From the IMG/VR virus record IMGVR_UViG_3300045988_112416: DNA of 40,243 nt, one strand, 5' to 3'. This DNA is from a virus. Below, one piece after another: positions 9,729-18,997 of the stretch. The notes below the pieces were generated by a model. That model was not told where the DNA came from, made no database searches, and saw nothing but the letters and a program-made list of their open reading frames with translations. Position 1 is the first letter of the stretch; each line of letters starts with the position of its first letter. The position numbers and the translations under genes were made by a program.

Positions 9729-10094
9729 TTATTTCTGGCTCTTCGCCACATATCTGCGCATAATAGCCTTGTACTTCTCAAGCTCTGCCTGTCTCTTTTC
9801 TTTCTCGTTCCAGTATGGGAATATATCTGATACATTTATATCTCCATCATTCTTCCATACCCACATGGATATAAGCTCAGCCTGCCTGAATGCTATGTTG
9901 GCTTCGTGCTGGTGCTTCCTGCGTTCCCGCTCGTTGTAGATCCTTATCATGTCCACAAGCTCACCCCAGGTATAATCCAAAGCCTCAGAGAAGCCCACAC
10001 CAGCTATCCTTGCTTCAAAGAGAAGCCTATCTATATCATAAGGGAGTGCTGTCTGACTTATCCTCGGAATCGTTCGCCGTTGGGGTCTGTCCAC
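9729..10094 (-). CDS. Tail assembly chaperone, downstream frame (T-like extension)
   Basis: Overlaps the 3' end of the upstream chaperone ORF between the major tail and tape-measure genes. There is no usable RBS or ATG of its own (GTG sits 2 nt after GAAGGA). The frame stays open upstream of 10094. It is in the +1 frame relative to 10036-10503. Confidence 0.6.
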   Translation of the reverse strand: MDRPQRRTIPRISQTALPYDIDRLLFEARIAGVGFSEALDYTWGELVDMIRIYNERERRKHQHEANIAFRQAELISMWVWKNDGDINVSDIFPYWNEKEKRQAELEKYKAIMRRYVAKSQK

Positions 10095-10503
10095 TATCCT
10101 TCTGCAGCTTCTCTACTCTTTCCTCAAGGCTGTCAAACATAGTCTTATATGTTGTATTGATACTGTTTACAACACTATTTGCCTGATCCTTCTTGATAAT
10201 TCCGGAATTAACTGCAATATCTGTAAGGACCTTTGCAAAGTCCTCAGCTCCGCTTCTGCCGTTCTCAACAAGCAGATCGTAAAACTCCTCTCCATCTGTG
10301 ATCTCGTTGTCATTGCCATTGTAACCCAGAGCTATGCCAAGAATATCAACCGCTCTGTCTATATCATCTACTGCACCCATAAGAGTTGCCAGCATGTTCT
10401 CTTCGTACTTCTCCTTGAGAATCTTCTGACCACCTGCTGTAAGTCTCAAGTGAAACTTCTTCTCTGCTCCATCTACCTTGAGTTTGATTTCCAATGTCTG
10501 CAT
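10036..10503 (-). CDS. Tail assembly chaperone (G-like)
   Basis: 155 aa with an acidic C-terminus, located between the major tail protein and tape-measure genes. Confidence 0.7.
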   Translation of the reverse strand: MQTLEIKLKVDGAEKKFHLRLTAGGQKILKEKYEENMLATLMGAVDDIDRAVDILGIALGYNGNDNEITDGEEFYDLLVENGRSGAEDFAKVLTDIAVNSGIIKKDQANSVVNSINTTYKTMFDSLEERVEKLQKDSGQTPTANDSEDKSDSTPL

Positions 10504-10519
10504 ATCTGCTTTACCTCCT

Positions 10520-10549
10520 AAAAAGGCAGGGAGACCATTCCCCCTGCCT
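10520..10549 (-). terminator. Hairpin plus short U tract after the major tail gene (partial terminator/attenuator)
   Basis: - strand RNA AGGCAGGG-N10-CCCTGCCT followed by UUUU, then immediately the AGGAGG RBS of the chaperone gene. Confidence 0.45.
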
Positions 10550-10585
10550 GTGATGTATCATTTCATGTTATTGTGTTTAAAGTTT

Positions 10586-11008
10586 TTACGCTCCTACTGG
10601 ATCCGTAACCTCCCACTCACCCTGAAGGTTTACAACTGCCTTTGCCTTAATGAGGTTGTTGACCTCGGCACCGGTAACTGTCGTTGTAACATATCCCTTA
10701 TTCTTGAATACTGTCTTGTCAGGGAATGTGACCTCAACATCAACTATAGCCCCAGCATCCTCAAGGCCCTTGAGTATACGATAGTCTGAGGTTGTTGCTC
10801 CATTGTCATAGAGATACTCTACCTCCCAGCTATCGTTCTCCTGCACACCTGGAACACTTTTCTTTGACTTATCCTTGAAGCATGTAGCATCAAGTGATGA
10901 AGGTGTTCCTCCAATGTCTCCTATCTTTGTTGCATAATTAAGGGCTGTCTTGCCTATCTTGATATCAAGACCTATTGAGGCAAGTCCCTGCTTTGGTGTA
11001 TCTGCCAT
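10586..11008 (-). CDS. Major tail protein
   Basis: 140 aa, beta-rich, positioned between the tail-completion gene and the chaperones. Confidence 0.7.
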   Translation of the reverse strand: MADTPKQGLASIGLDIKIGKTALNYATKIGDIGGTPSSLDATCFKDKSKKSVPGVQENDSWEVEYLYDNGATTSDYRILKGLEDAGAIVDVEVTFPDKTVFKNKGYVTTTVTGAEVNNLIKAKAVVNLQGEWEVTDPVGA

Positions 11009-11030
11009 TGTTTTATACCATCCTTTCTGC

Positions 11031-11405
11031 TTATGAAATAAGCCTGTTTGTTCTTGTGTCTACTTTGCTGCTATATCTGAGAGTCTTTCTGCAATATCCG
11101 CTGGCATCAACATTATCTCCATCGTCATCCGGGCTTTCGTAGTCCCTGTTGAATCCAAGATCCACCATCTTCTCATCAACCATCAGCATGATGGATATGC
11201 ATTCCTTAAAGGTTCGGCTCCATATATCTATCTGAAAGCCCAAATTTTCAACAACACTGTGCATCCCTGTGCCAGTATTTGCTATCTGAATAAATGTAAC
11301 CAACGGAACATAACTTATAGACTTTGGATATCCATGTTTAACCTTTAATTCGTTATACTCTATGCTTTCAAGCAGCTCCTTGATCTGTTTTCTTGCATCT
11401 ATCAT
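11031..11405 (-). CDS. Tail completion / tail terminator-like protein
   Basis: 124 aa. Position is downstream of the HK97-gp10-like gene and upstream of the major tail gene. Confidence 0.5.
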   Translation of the reverse strand: MIDARKQIKELLESIEYNELKVKHGYPKSISYVPLVTFIQIANTGTGMHSVVENLGFQIDIWSRTFKECISIMLMVDEKMVDLGFNRDYESPDDDGDNVDASGYCRKTLRYSSKVDTRTNRLIS

Positions 11406-11929
11406 CTAGTGATCTTGCTCTCCATTCTTACCGCTGATTTCAGCCTTTCTACTATGTGTTCCTCATTGTTCTTCATAGCCGGATAGAGGTATGGCTGTGG
11501 TGCCTGTCCTCTGGTTAAATATCCTATAACCTCACCATCCTTCTTTATCGGGATGAAGTGATATTTTTCAGCCTGAGCCTTATCTATCTTGTCAACAGGT
11601 ATCATCCATGGTGTCTGCCTGTATCTGAGGTCTATTCCCTCAATCTTAAGGCCTGCCGCCTGTCCAACAGGTCCTGTGCCAAACTCCACATATGCTGCAT
11701 AGCTCGCATTGTTGTATACCTCACCAACAATCTTATCCTCTGTCTCAGTAACCCTTGTCTGTATCTTCTCTCTGAGATATCCACCATCAACAGGCGCAAG
11801 CGCTCTGGCTTCTCCTGCTATGCGGTCGGCTTCCTGTTCTACAATCTGTTTTACATTGCCGTCAATCCCACTAGCAAGTTTATCCAGAGCGCTTATGAGT
11901 GTATCTAATCCTTTGATTTCAATAGGCAT
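11402..11929 (-). CDS. HK97 gp10-family head-tail joining protein
   Basis: N-terminus MPIEIKGLDTLISALDKLA...QEADRIAGEARALAPVDGGYLR is typical of the HK97 gp10 family. Confidence 0.7.
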   Translation of the reverse strand: MPIEIKGLDTLISALDKLASGIDGNVKQIVEQEADRIAGEARALAPVDGGYLREKIQTRVTETEDKIVGEVYNNASYAAYVEFGTGPVGQAAGLKIEGIDLRYRQTPWMIPVDKIDKAQAEKYHFIPIKKDGEVIGYLTRGQAPQPYLYPAMKNNEEHIVERLKSAVRMESKITR

Positions 11930-11931
11930 AT

Positions 11932-12267
11932 CTACTTCACCCTCTCTATGATAACAAGACGATAAGATGGATAAGGCTTGATGGATTCCACGTTGTACAT
12001 GTTATCGCCCACCTTCACCCTGTCTTTTTCTTTCAGACTGATGGAGTCATCGAAAACACATCCCTGAAGCATCTCGTTAACACGCTCACCATACTCAGCT
12101 ACCTCAACCTCTGAAGATATAGGACTCCACAGAATCCTCTCAAGGATTCCTGATGGATCTGTCTCATATCCATATGATTCATGTCCATACTCATCCTCTT
12201 CAACATAACTACGATATATCCCGCTATTCTGTCTCTTCTGTGCTATCTTTCTTCTTATGCTTGACAT
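11932..12267 (-). CDS. Head closure / head-tail adaptor protein
   Basis: About 111 aa from the internal ATG (MSSIRRK...). The track N-terminal extension would overlap the previous gene by 137 nt. C-terminal pattern RVKVGDNMYNVESIKPY fits head closure proteins. Confidence 0.6.
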   Translation of the reverse strand: MSSIRRKIAQKRQNSGIYRSYVEEDEYGHESYGYETDPSGILERILWSPISSEVEVAEYGERVNEMLQGCVFDDSISLKEKDRVKVGDNMYNVESIKPYPSYRLVIIERVK

Positions 12268-12589
12268 ATACCCTCCTGTATCTCTTGAGGCTGTCCAGGA
12301 CCTTATCAACCTGTGTATCAAAGCTCTCTCCTGTGAGATATGTAGTATTCTCGGACACAACGCCCTCTGAATAGCTCTCAGACTTTATGTGCTTGTCAGC
12401 CTGGTCTCTCTCATAGAGTATAGCTGCGATCTCGACCGCCTTTGAGGCAAAGGCTTCATCAAACTGCTTCACATTCAGAAACAGAACTATCTCATCCTTC
12501 GCCTCTTCCAGATAATCGGTAAGGATCTCATCGCTTATATCCTTATCAGAGCCTATCTTCCTCTTAAGCCTTGCCAGTGAATCCATCAT
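12224..12589 (-). CDS. gp6-like head-tail connector (DNA packaging) protein
   Basis: N-terminus LARLKRKIGSDKDISDEILTDYLEEAKDEIVLFLN is typical of the connector family. Confidence 0.65.
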   Translation of the reverse strand: MMDSLARLKRKIGSDKDISDEILTDYLEEAKDEIVLFLNVKQFDEAFASKAVEIAAILYERDQADKHIKSESYSEGVVSENTTYLTGESFDTQVDKVLDSLKRYRRVYVKHKKKDSTEETE

Positions 12590-12599
12590 GTATCACCTC

Positions 12600-12815
12600 T
12601 CAGTCGGTCGCTTTTGTGGCTGTCTTTGTTTTCTTCTGAGGCTTTGGCTCTTCCTCTGCCTCGGTATCCTCCACCGGCTCATCCTCTGCCGGTGCCACGC
12701 TGGCCGGCTCATCCTCTATAACAAAGGTCTTTATGTCCTTGCGGCAATGCTCTACAACACGCTCATTCCGGCAAGTGAAGCTGTGTCCTGTGATAATATT
12801 CTTTATAATAGCCAT
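12600..12815 (-). CDS. Hypothetical small acidic protein (head module)
   Basis: 71-aa ORF between the capsid and connector genes, with a Glu/Pro-rich tail. Confidence 0.5.
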   Translation of the reverse strand: MAIIKNIITGHSFTCRNERVVEHCRKDIKTFVIEDEPASVAPAEDEPVEDTEAEEEPKPQKKTKTATKATD

Positions 12816-12825
12816 ATCTGCCCTC

Positions 12826-13665
12826 CTACTTTCTATTTACTGTGAGAGTTGCAAGTGCATCCTTCTGCAGTACCTTGACACCACAGAGGTGAAGTCCCTT
12901 GACAGCATCTGAGAAGTTGCTCTCTGGTCTGTAGCCCTCTGTCTCAGTGATCTGCTCGGCAAATGAAGCACCAGCATTTGTACCGCCAAGTATCTTGTAC
13001 TTTGTACCATCGGTGTTTGGTGTATTGTTTGATACATAGATCTGGAAGCCTGCAGCAGCTCCGATGTGTCCGCCCTGAAGGATTGCCATGTTGACATCTG
13101 TACCATTGCCAACGAATCTTGAATCCTTCTGAAGGAGTCCATGATAGAATGGCGGCACTACTACCCAACGGCCTACGAGCGGAACATTCTTCTCTGTGAG
13201 CTCTGTTCCAAGATCTACAAGCAAGTCATATGCATCATCCTTACTTGGAACAATTGGAGACTCATCACTTCCGACTGCTCCGGCAGCACCGGCTACCATG
13301 ATTCCTGCAAGCAGTGAATCAACCGTATCATTCAGACCATATGCGGTTCTTGCCATAGCCTCGTTCATGAGCTTAGGGTTAGTCTGCGCATTGTCCACAT
13401 CCTTGATGGCAAAATTGAAGTAATTTGCCTGATCAATAACAAGTGTATTCTGCTCACCTGTAAGCTCCTCTGGATCATCAATCTTTGCTCCTGTATACTT
13501 CTTGATCGTGATGTCACCGATCTGGTTGATCTTTACAGTATCACCATACTGCTTGATCTCGCCCTCATAGTCTCTGTTGACAAGTCCTGCATATACATGG
13601 ATCTTGTCAAGATGTGCAAGAAGTCTTGCACTCCAAATCTGTGGAATAAAATTCTTTACTGACAT
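12826..13665 (-). CDS. Major capsid protein (P22-coat-like/HK97-fold family)
   Basis: N-terminus NFIPQIWSARLLAHLDK..VNRDYEGEIKQYGDTVKINQ matches the coat-protein pattern. It follows the scaffold gene. Confidence 0.8.
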   Translation of the reverse strand: MSVKNFIPQIWSARLLAHLDKIHVYAGLVNRDYEGEIKQYGDTVKINQIGDITIKKYTGAKIDDPEELTGEQNTLVIDQANYFNFAIKDVDNAQTNPKLMNEAMARTAYGLNDTVDSLLAGIMVAGAAGAVGSDESPIVPSKDDAYDLLVDLGTELTEKNVPLVGRWVVVPPFYHGLLQKDSRFVGNGTDVNMAILQGGHIGAAAGFQIYVSNNTPNTDGTKYKILGGTNAGASFAEQITETEGYRPESNFSDAVKGLHLCGVKVLQKDALATLTVNRK

Positions 13666-13681
13666 ATTTCATCGTCCTTTC

Positions 13682-14344
13682 TTACTTGTTCTGCTTGAGC
13701 ACATTCTGCACCTCATCCCAGTGTGCATTGATCTCCTCGGCACTCATAGACTTAATGCTATCCATGGTTATTGTCGTGCCCTGGGTCTTATCCCTTGGTG
13801 CTGTGCCTCTCATTTTGTCGCTTACAGAATCCGCAACGGCTGTTCTGAAAGATGCTTCAAACTTATCAATCTTATCCGCTGTCTCTTCTGCTGTGTCGCC
13901 TGTCAGAACATCAGCAAATGAAGCATCAAGCCCTCTCTTGATCAGCTCCTTGCCTGTCGCAAGTACAAGCTGCTGTCTCTCAAATTCTTTTTTCTCAGCA
14001 TCAAAGGCGGCCTTATCCTTATCAAACTGATATTTTGCTCTCTGCTCCGCTGTCATCTTCTCCAGCTTCTTAGCCTCGTCAAGGTTTTCAATAGCCTCCT
14101 TGTCCCACTTTTCCTTGGCTGTAGCAAGTGCCTGTGTGACTCTTGCGTCCGAAGCTGACTGAACAGCCTTTTTGAACTCTGGTCTTGCCAAAATCTCCTC
14201 GACTGTCATAGTCTTAAGCACATCTTCAAGTGATGCTGTGCTTGTTGCCTGGTTCTGCTGTGCTCCCTGTGTCCGTGTACCAGGCTGTGTTGTTGCCTCA
14301 CCAGTCTGTGCCTGTGTCTGTGTTGTCTGCTGTGTGTCTGCCAT
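13682..14344 (-). CDS. Scaffolding protein (DUF4355-like)
   Basis: Gln/Thr-rich N-terminus followed by a long charged helical region. Lies directly upstream of the capsid gene. Confidence 0.7.
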   Translation of the reverse strand: MADTQQTTQTQAQTGEATTQPGTRTQGAQQNQATSTASLEDVLKTMTVEEILARPEFKKAVQSASDARVTQALATAKEKWDKEAIENLDEAKKLEKMTAEQRAKYQFDKDKAAFDAEKKEFERQQLVLATGKELIKRGLDASFADVLTGDTAEETADKIDKFEASFRTAVADSVSDKMRGTAPRDKTQGTTITMDSIKSMSAEEINAHWDEVQNVLKQNK

Positions 14345-14457
14345 AACTTTACATTCCTTTCTGTGTGCCTGTCAGTTCATGCCTGCCAGTAGTCTATTGA
14401 TATGTCCCCAGCAAGTTCATGCCTTGCTGTTGAGGTTTTAATGTCTTTTCCTTGACA

Positions 14458-14487
14458 ATAAAAAAGACCATGTTTTTATCATGGTCT
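14458..14487 (-). terminator. Rho-independent terminator downstream of the DUF2829 gene
   Basis: - strand AGACCATG-N7-CATGGTCT followed by UUUUUAUU. Confidence 0.7.
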
Positions 14488-14508
14488 GAATTAGCTACTA
14501 TTCTGTTT

Positions 14509-14976
14509 CTACTCCACTATTACCCAGTCTTCAGCAAGACAATCGTTTATACTCGGCACCCACATGGAGTGTGAACCATCAACACATCTGATCTGCAGAT
14601 ATGGGTTACACTTGAATAAGTCACCCTCGCTGATTCCCCAGGCTTCTGCGGTCTGCTTGTTACATGGTATGCCATCAGGATATCCCTTCTGAAATACAAC
14701 AAACATTCCTTTGCCATTCCAACCCTTTCTTGCAACCCTGAAACCCTTCTTGAGCATCTCAATAGCAATTCCAAACGTCATGTTGTCGCATGGTCTGTAT
14801 GCCTCATCAAACTGTTTCTCCGGTGACCAACTCTCATACCCGTCTGAATACTTGACAAGATATCCCTTATCGTTTGGATCCTCGTCTGACGGTATCGGCC
14901 AACCTCGGTAGTAGTTATACGCTCCTCTGGTCATCGGTCTTGCCTCAATCTGCTTTGTTCCTACATACTTCTTCAT
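14509..14976 (-). CDS. DUF2829-domain protein (Tad2-like candidate anti-Thoeris sponge) with a roughly 60-aa N-terminal extra domain
   Basis: The C-terminal half FGIAIEMLKKGFRVARKGWNGKGMFVVFQ...LAEDWVIVE carries the hallmark ARKGWNGKGM and EDW motifs of DUF2829. Confidence 0.7.
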   Translation of the reverse strand: MKKYVGTKQIEARPMTRGAYNYYRGWPIPSDEDPNDKGYLVKYSDGYESWSPEKQFDEAYRPCDNMTFGIAIEMLKKGFRVARKGWNGKGMFVVFQKGYPDGIPCNKQTAEAWGISEGDLFKCNPYLQIRCVDGSHSMWVPSINDCLAEDWVIVE

Positions 14977-15002
14977 TCTCTTATCCTCCTATTTTTGTGC
15001 AT

Positions 15003-15033
15003 AAAAAAAGCACCCTGCTACTGCGGAGTGCTT
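15003..15033 (-). terminator. Rho-independent terminator upstream of the DUF2829 gene
   Basis: - strand AAGCACUCCGC-loop-GCAGGGUGCUU (one mismatch, one G-U pair) followed by U7. The RBS AGGAGGA of the next gene lies about 12 nt further on. Confidence 0.6.
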
Positions 15034-15126
15034 GTTATAACATATCTAATATTGCTGCTTTCGAAATGTTTCTTTCTACTTCTCTTTCTTCTGCATGCTT
15101 TGATTTGTCTGAAAAAAACTGTAAAT

Positions 15127-16206
15127 TCATTTTATATCATTTTTAGGTTTATTTTCAAGTAATGGTTCACTTTCTTTCTTCTCAATCACATACTTCCTGT
15201 ACCACTGTGCATAACTCATATTGAACGGAACATGAATATTCTTGTTTGTCTCTGGATCCCTTGCAGTTCTCTCTTTTGTAAAAATCCCATCCTCCGGGTA
15301 TGCCATGGTTGTTGATCTGCAGTTTGGATGCATAGGCGGGAAGTTTACACCTACCTCTGCTTGGGAAACGAAGAATACCTCCTTGTCCAGGCTACGGCAT
15401 ATAGATGATGTCCTCATATCAAGTGTAGCAAGATAAATATACCTAAGTGTCCCTGCCGCCTTATATGACATCAAGGTGCCCTGATTACAACAGTGATTCA
15501 CCTCTGTGCGGATAATACGATTTATCTTATATCTTTCGCTTACTACCCTTGCCTCAAGTGCCAGCTCCATATCTCTGATACTCTGTCCTGTCATAAGGCC
15601 CTGTGTTATAACCTCTTCAAGGCTCTCTGCCAGCTTCTTTGTATTCTTCCATACCCGCTTTGAATAATTGGAGCCCGCCCAATTGGTTGCTATTGCCGCC
15701 TGTACATCCCTGTCAGCCAACTTCGTGAAGTCAAAGCCTGTCTCTGTTCTTCTCTGCTGGTCATAGATGCTCCTGTAGTAGCTCTGCTCATATGTATCTA
15801 TAAGCCTGTCTGTGAGCCTGTAATGAGCCGCAGAGCCAACTTTATATGCCTGTGCATGTATCAAATCCTTTAGTGCCTCAAGACGTGATATCCGAGCCGC
15901 ATAAGCCGGAGCATTGAGCCTTGCGAATATAGCCTGCCTAGCTACCTCCTCCTGACACTGTGCAAGTGTGATCATAAGATTGCGGCGCATAGTCTCCGTC
16001 TGTTTCTCATTAAGAAGCCTCAGAGCGGCATCCTGGCTTATTCCTGAATCACGTGCATACTTACCAAATATCTCTTCTATCTGTTTCTCCACAATGTCCA
16101 CAGCACCATCAAAGAGCTTGTTTACATGCATGATATCAACATCGGCTCTGTCCTGAGTAAGTTTCTCAAGATCTACGGCTCTTTTCTCCCAATAGTTGTC
16201 GCTCAT
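15127..16206 (-). CDS. Minor head / head morphogenesis protein (SPP1 gp7 / Mu F family)
   Basis: C-terminal motif TSSICRSLDKEVF...NFPPMHPNCRSTT. Lies directly downstream of the portal gene. Confidence 0.8.
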   Translation of the reverse strand: MSDNYWEKRAVDLEKLTQDRADVDIMHVNKLFDGAVDIVEKQIEEIFGKYARDSGISQDAALRLLNEKQTETMRRNLMITLAQCQEEVARQAIFARLNAPAYAARISRLEALKDLIHAQAYKVGSAAHYRLTDRLIDTYEQSYYRSIYDQQRRTETGFDFTKLADRDVQAAIATNWAGSNYSKRVWKNTKKLAESLEEVITQGLMTGQSIRDMELALEARVVSERYKINRIIRTEVNHCCNQGTLMSYKAAGTLRYIYLATLDMRTSSICRSLDKEVFFVSQAEVGVNFPPMHPNCRSTTMAYPEDGIFTKERTARDPETNKNIHVPFNMSYAQWYRKYVIEKKESEPLLENKPKNDIK

Positions 16207-16213
16207 AGATCAC

Positions 16214-17716
16214 CTACTCTTTCTCGGGATCCTTTTCTTTGTCATCCTTGATAGGTGTCTCCATATCCTGTGCATGCTGACCGCCAAACGTGGCAAGGTA
16301 CTGCTGCTGTTCCTCGGCTTTCTGCTTCTTCACATTCTCTATAACTTCATCAACATCTTTGATGAACCAGAGCTGTGAAAGAAGTGTCTTATCGTCCACT
16401 ATGCCCCTGAGCTGAGTTACCATATTGATGATTGTTGGCTTATCTATTGGCATTGCAACTGTGAATACAACATCAAGCTCTTTCTTGTCTATGAGAGACA
16501 TTTCACCCTTGACATTAAGCCAGTGGTTGTACATCTCGAATCTCTTCTTGAGACCTTTCTCAAGGCTCCTCATCTTGTTCTTCACAAGCATATTCATAAC
16601 CATCAACTTGAGCATGAGGGCCTGTCCTGAGCTGTTACCGGCAAAGTTCTCATCTGTCATATCAACTGTAAGGGTCATCTTGTGTATCTCACGGATAATA
16701 TCATTACAGAGCACTGAAACACTGTTTTCATCAAATGCTTTCTGTATGTACTCTATCTTTCCATCCAGTGGCAAGCCATCAATGAAGCGGTTCTTCTTCA
16801 GTTCTTTCTCGTCATCGTCATCTAATGTCATACCGAACATGGCAAGTATCGAATTGACGAACTTCTTCTTGTCTGTCACTCGGTCGCTGAAAAGCTCGTT
16901 GAGTGCATCCTGCATAGGAATGATCTGTTCAAAGTCACCCTGTCTCTCATCGTTGTTCTGGTACTCCACCACAGGAACCTCACCAAAGTAATGCTCCTGT
17001 TCGCTGCCCTCAATAAGATAGAACTCAAAATTATCAAGATCACGACTCCTGTATTCTTTTGTGTTGTGATCGTTGCATACAGTGATTGAATAATACTTTG
17101 ATTCATTCAGATCTTCCTGTATCTCGTAAATGATTGCAAACAACTTATTATGCTCCACTGTATTGTCACGAACCATGATGCAGTTCATAGGACTCACTAC
17201 TGTACTTCGTGGCTCTGGGTTTTCATCGCTGTTGGCATATAACTGCTCATAGGCTTCGCCATATATGCCTATAGCCTTACCTATCTTGGAATCTATCTCT
17301 GATATAGTCTCATTGTCGTATACGTCCTGTATGCGGCTTATATCAAGCTTCTGGGACAAGTCAGGATCATACAGCTTCACGCTTCCATTCTTGATGGAGG
17401 CTTTCACACCACCTTCAAGCTCCTTGCGCTGTTTGTCCGCTTTATCCGCTTTGTCGCTATTGTACTTGACCGGTTCACCAAGATAATATCCAAGGCCGAC
17501 ATCAACCACATATTTAGCATAGTTGACATTGAACCTTACAACATCATCATCGTCATCCGCTTTGCGTACAAGAATATCATGTCTGCCCTCATAGTAATCC
17601 TTACACTTAGCCCATCTGGCAAGCTGCCTTTTATGCTTCTGTATGAGGTATTTGAAAACCCTTGAATCTATGTTGTCTAAGTCCGGTACCATTGCCGGAT
17701 CTATGTATATTGCCAT
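16214..17716 (-). CDS. Portal protein (SPP1 gp6-like)
   Basis: 500 aa, immediately downstream of the large terminase, with an acidic C-terminus. Confidence 0.8.
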   Translation of the reverse strand: MAIYIDPAMVPDLDNIDSRVFKYLIQKHKRQLARWAKCKDYYEGRHDILVRKADDDDDVVRFNVNYAKYVVDVGLGYYLGEPVKYNSDKADKADKQRKELEGGVKASIKNGSVKLYDPDLSQKLDISRIQDVYDNETISEIDSKIGKAIGIYGEAYEQLYANSDENPEPRSTVVSPMNCIMVRDNTVEHNKLFAIIYEIQEDLNESKYYSITVCNDHNTKEYRSRDLDNFEFYLIEGSEQEHYFGEVPVVEYQNNDERQGDFEQIIPMQDALNELFSDRVTDKKKFVNSILAMFGMTLDDDDEKELKKNRFIDGLPLDGKIEYIQKAFDENSVSVLCNDIIREIHKMTLTVDMTDENFAGNSSGQALMLKLMVMNMLVKNKMRSLEKGLKKRFEMYNHWLNVKGEMSLIDKKELDVVFTVAMPIDKPTIINMVTQLRGIVDDKTLLSQLWFIKDVDEVIENVKKQKAEEQQQYLATFGGQHAQDMETPIKDDKEKDPEKE

Positions 17717-17743
17717 CGTGCATATATCCTTTCTGCCATGTGT

Positions 17744-18997
17744 TTATAATCCCTTAGGTCTCTTCCTTGACTTAACACGGCTGTTTCTTCGTATATCCTC
17801 TATTGAGTACCTGAGAGCCGCCATGGCATCGTCAAAGAACGGCACAGGCTCATCGATGTACTCGTTTGTCTTCTGGTCAAGCTGCCATTTCCACTGTCTG
17901 ATCTCGTCATATGTGTTTGTGCAGCTATAATGTATATGTATCTTGGGTATCTGCTTCAGATAATCTATCTGTGCATGTACGCTTCCCGGCTCCTTTAGGA
18001 CTCCTCTGGCTCTCTTATATCCGGCTTTCTGCCACATCTTGATTCTGTCCGGCTCTGCTGAATCACAGTACATATTTAGCTTTTTATCAAACTGCTTTTC
18101 AGCTGCCATCTGTATGATCTCGTTCGTGTCTTTCTCGTACACATAGAGTTCTTTGCAGATGTACAATTCACCATCCTTGAAAGCCACCTCAAGCAAAGCA
18201 TTTGCATGGTTAAATCCAAAATCCTGTGCATTCACTACATAATCGAAGTTGCTGTGATCTGTGTCAAAATCCTCAACAACATAGTTTGTAAGGATAAGGC
18301 CACCAACTTCGCCCCACTCCCCAAGTCCATAGACCCTATATCCCTCAGGATCCACCTTCTTACGTCTCTCCATTCTTGCCCTGTATGCCGCATCAATAAA
18401 TCTGTTGTTGACATAGTTGCTTGAATGTGTCAGTACATTCTCGTCCTCAATATCAAAGAAGTTTTTCTTTATCCAGTGGGTAGCTGATACAGGGTTAAAT
18501 GTCATCTTAATCTGATAGAACTGCCCTGGTGGCAGCTTACCTCTGAGACGGTCATCTATAATCTCAAAATCACTCTGCATAAGCTCCGTAGCCTCTTCTA
18601 TCCATACATCCGTGAGCTTTCCACGCTTAAATGTGATAGATTTCAGCTTTTCACGCTGCTTATCATCATTTACCCCTCTGAATATGATCTGGTTACAATT
18701 TGCCTTGCATTCGATCATGAGCGGGTTCTGCTTGATGGTCCAGTATTTCTCATATTTATCACCGAACATACGAAAAATAGCACCCTGCAATTCTGCAAAA
18801 GTGCTATCTCTGTTTGTTATATCTGATTTTCTTACACATAATAAATTCCTGCCTGGATCCTGAAGGAGCCTGAGTATATAGTTTGTGGCTGTGTCAACAC
18901 TTTTCCCGGATCCAGCCGAGCCTTTCATAACTATATATCTTCTCTTGCTCCTGTTCACTTCCTTAAATGCAGGATTAAGCTCAACTTTAATGTTCAT
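17744..18997 (-). CDS. terL: Terminase large subunit (PBSX-like)
   Basis: Walker A motif VMKGSAGSGKS near the N-terminus. The start is placed at ATG 18997 (MNIKVEL), which overlaps the TerS stop. The track start at 19057 lies inside terS. Confidence 0.9.
   Translation of the reverse strand: MNIKVELNPAFKEVNRSKRRYIVMKGSAGSGKSVDTATNYILRLLQDPGRNLLCVRKSDITNRDSTFAELQGAIFRMFGDKYEKYWTIKQNPLMIECKANCNQIIFRGVNDDKQREKLKSITFKRGKLTDVWIEEATELMQSDFEIIDDRLRGKLPPGQFYQIKMTFNPVSATHWIKKNFFDIEDENVLTHSSNYVNNRFIDAAYRARMERRKKVDPEGYRVYGLGEWGEVGGLILTNYVVEDFDTDHSNFDYVVNAQDFGFNHANALLEVAFKDGELYICKELYVYEKDTNEIIQMAAEKQFDKKLNMYCDSAEPDRIKMWQKAGYKRARGVLKEPGSVHAQIDYLKQIPKIHIHYSCTNTYDEIRQWKWQLDQKTNEYIDEPVPFFDDAMAALRYSIEDIRRNSRVKSRKRPKGL

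Noticed and set aside
14451-14486. + strand TTGACA-18-TATCAT promoter-like match overlapping the - strand terminator
   Set aside because: It would only drive antisense transcription into the DUF2829 gene, and the -10 lies inside the terminator stem. It is most likely coincidental.
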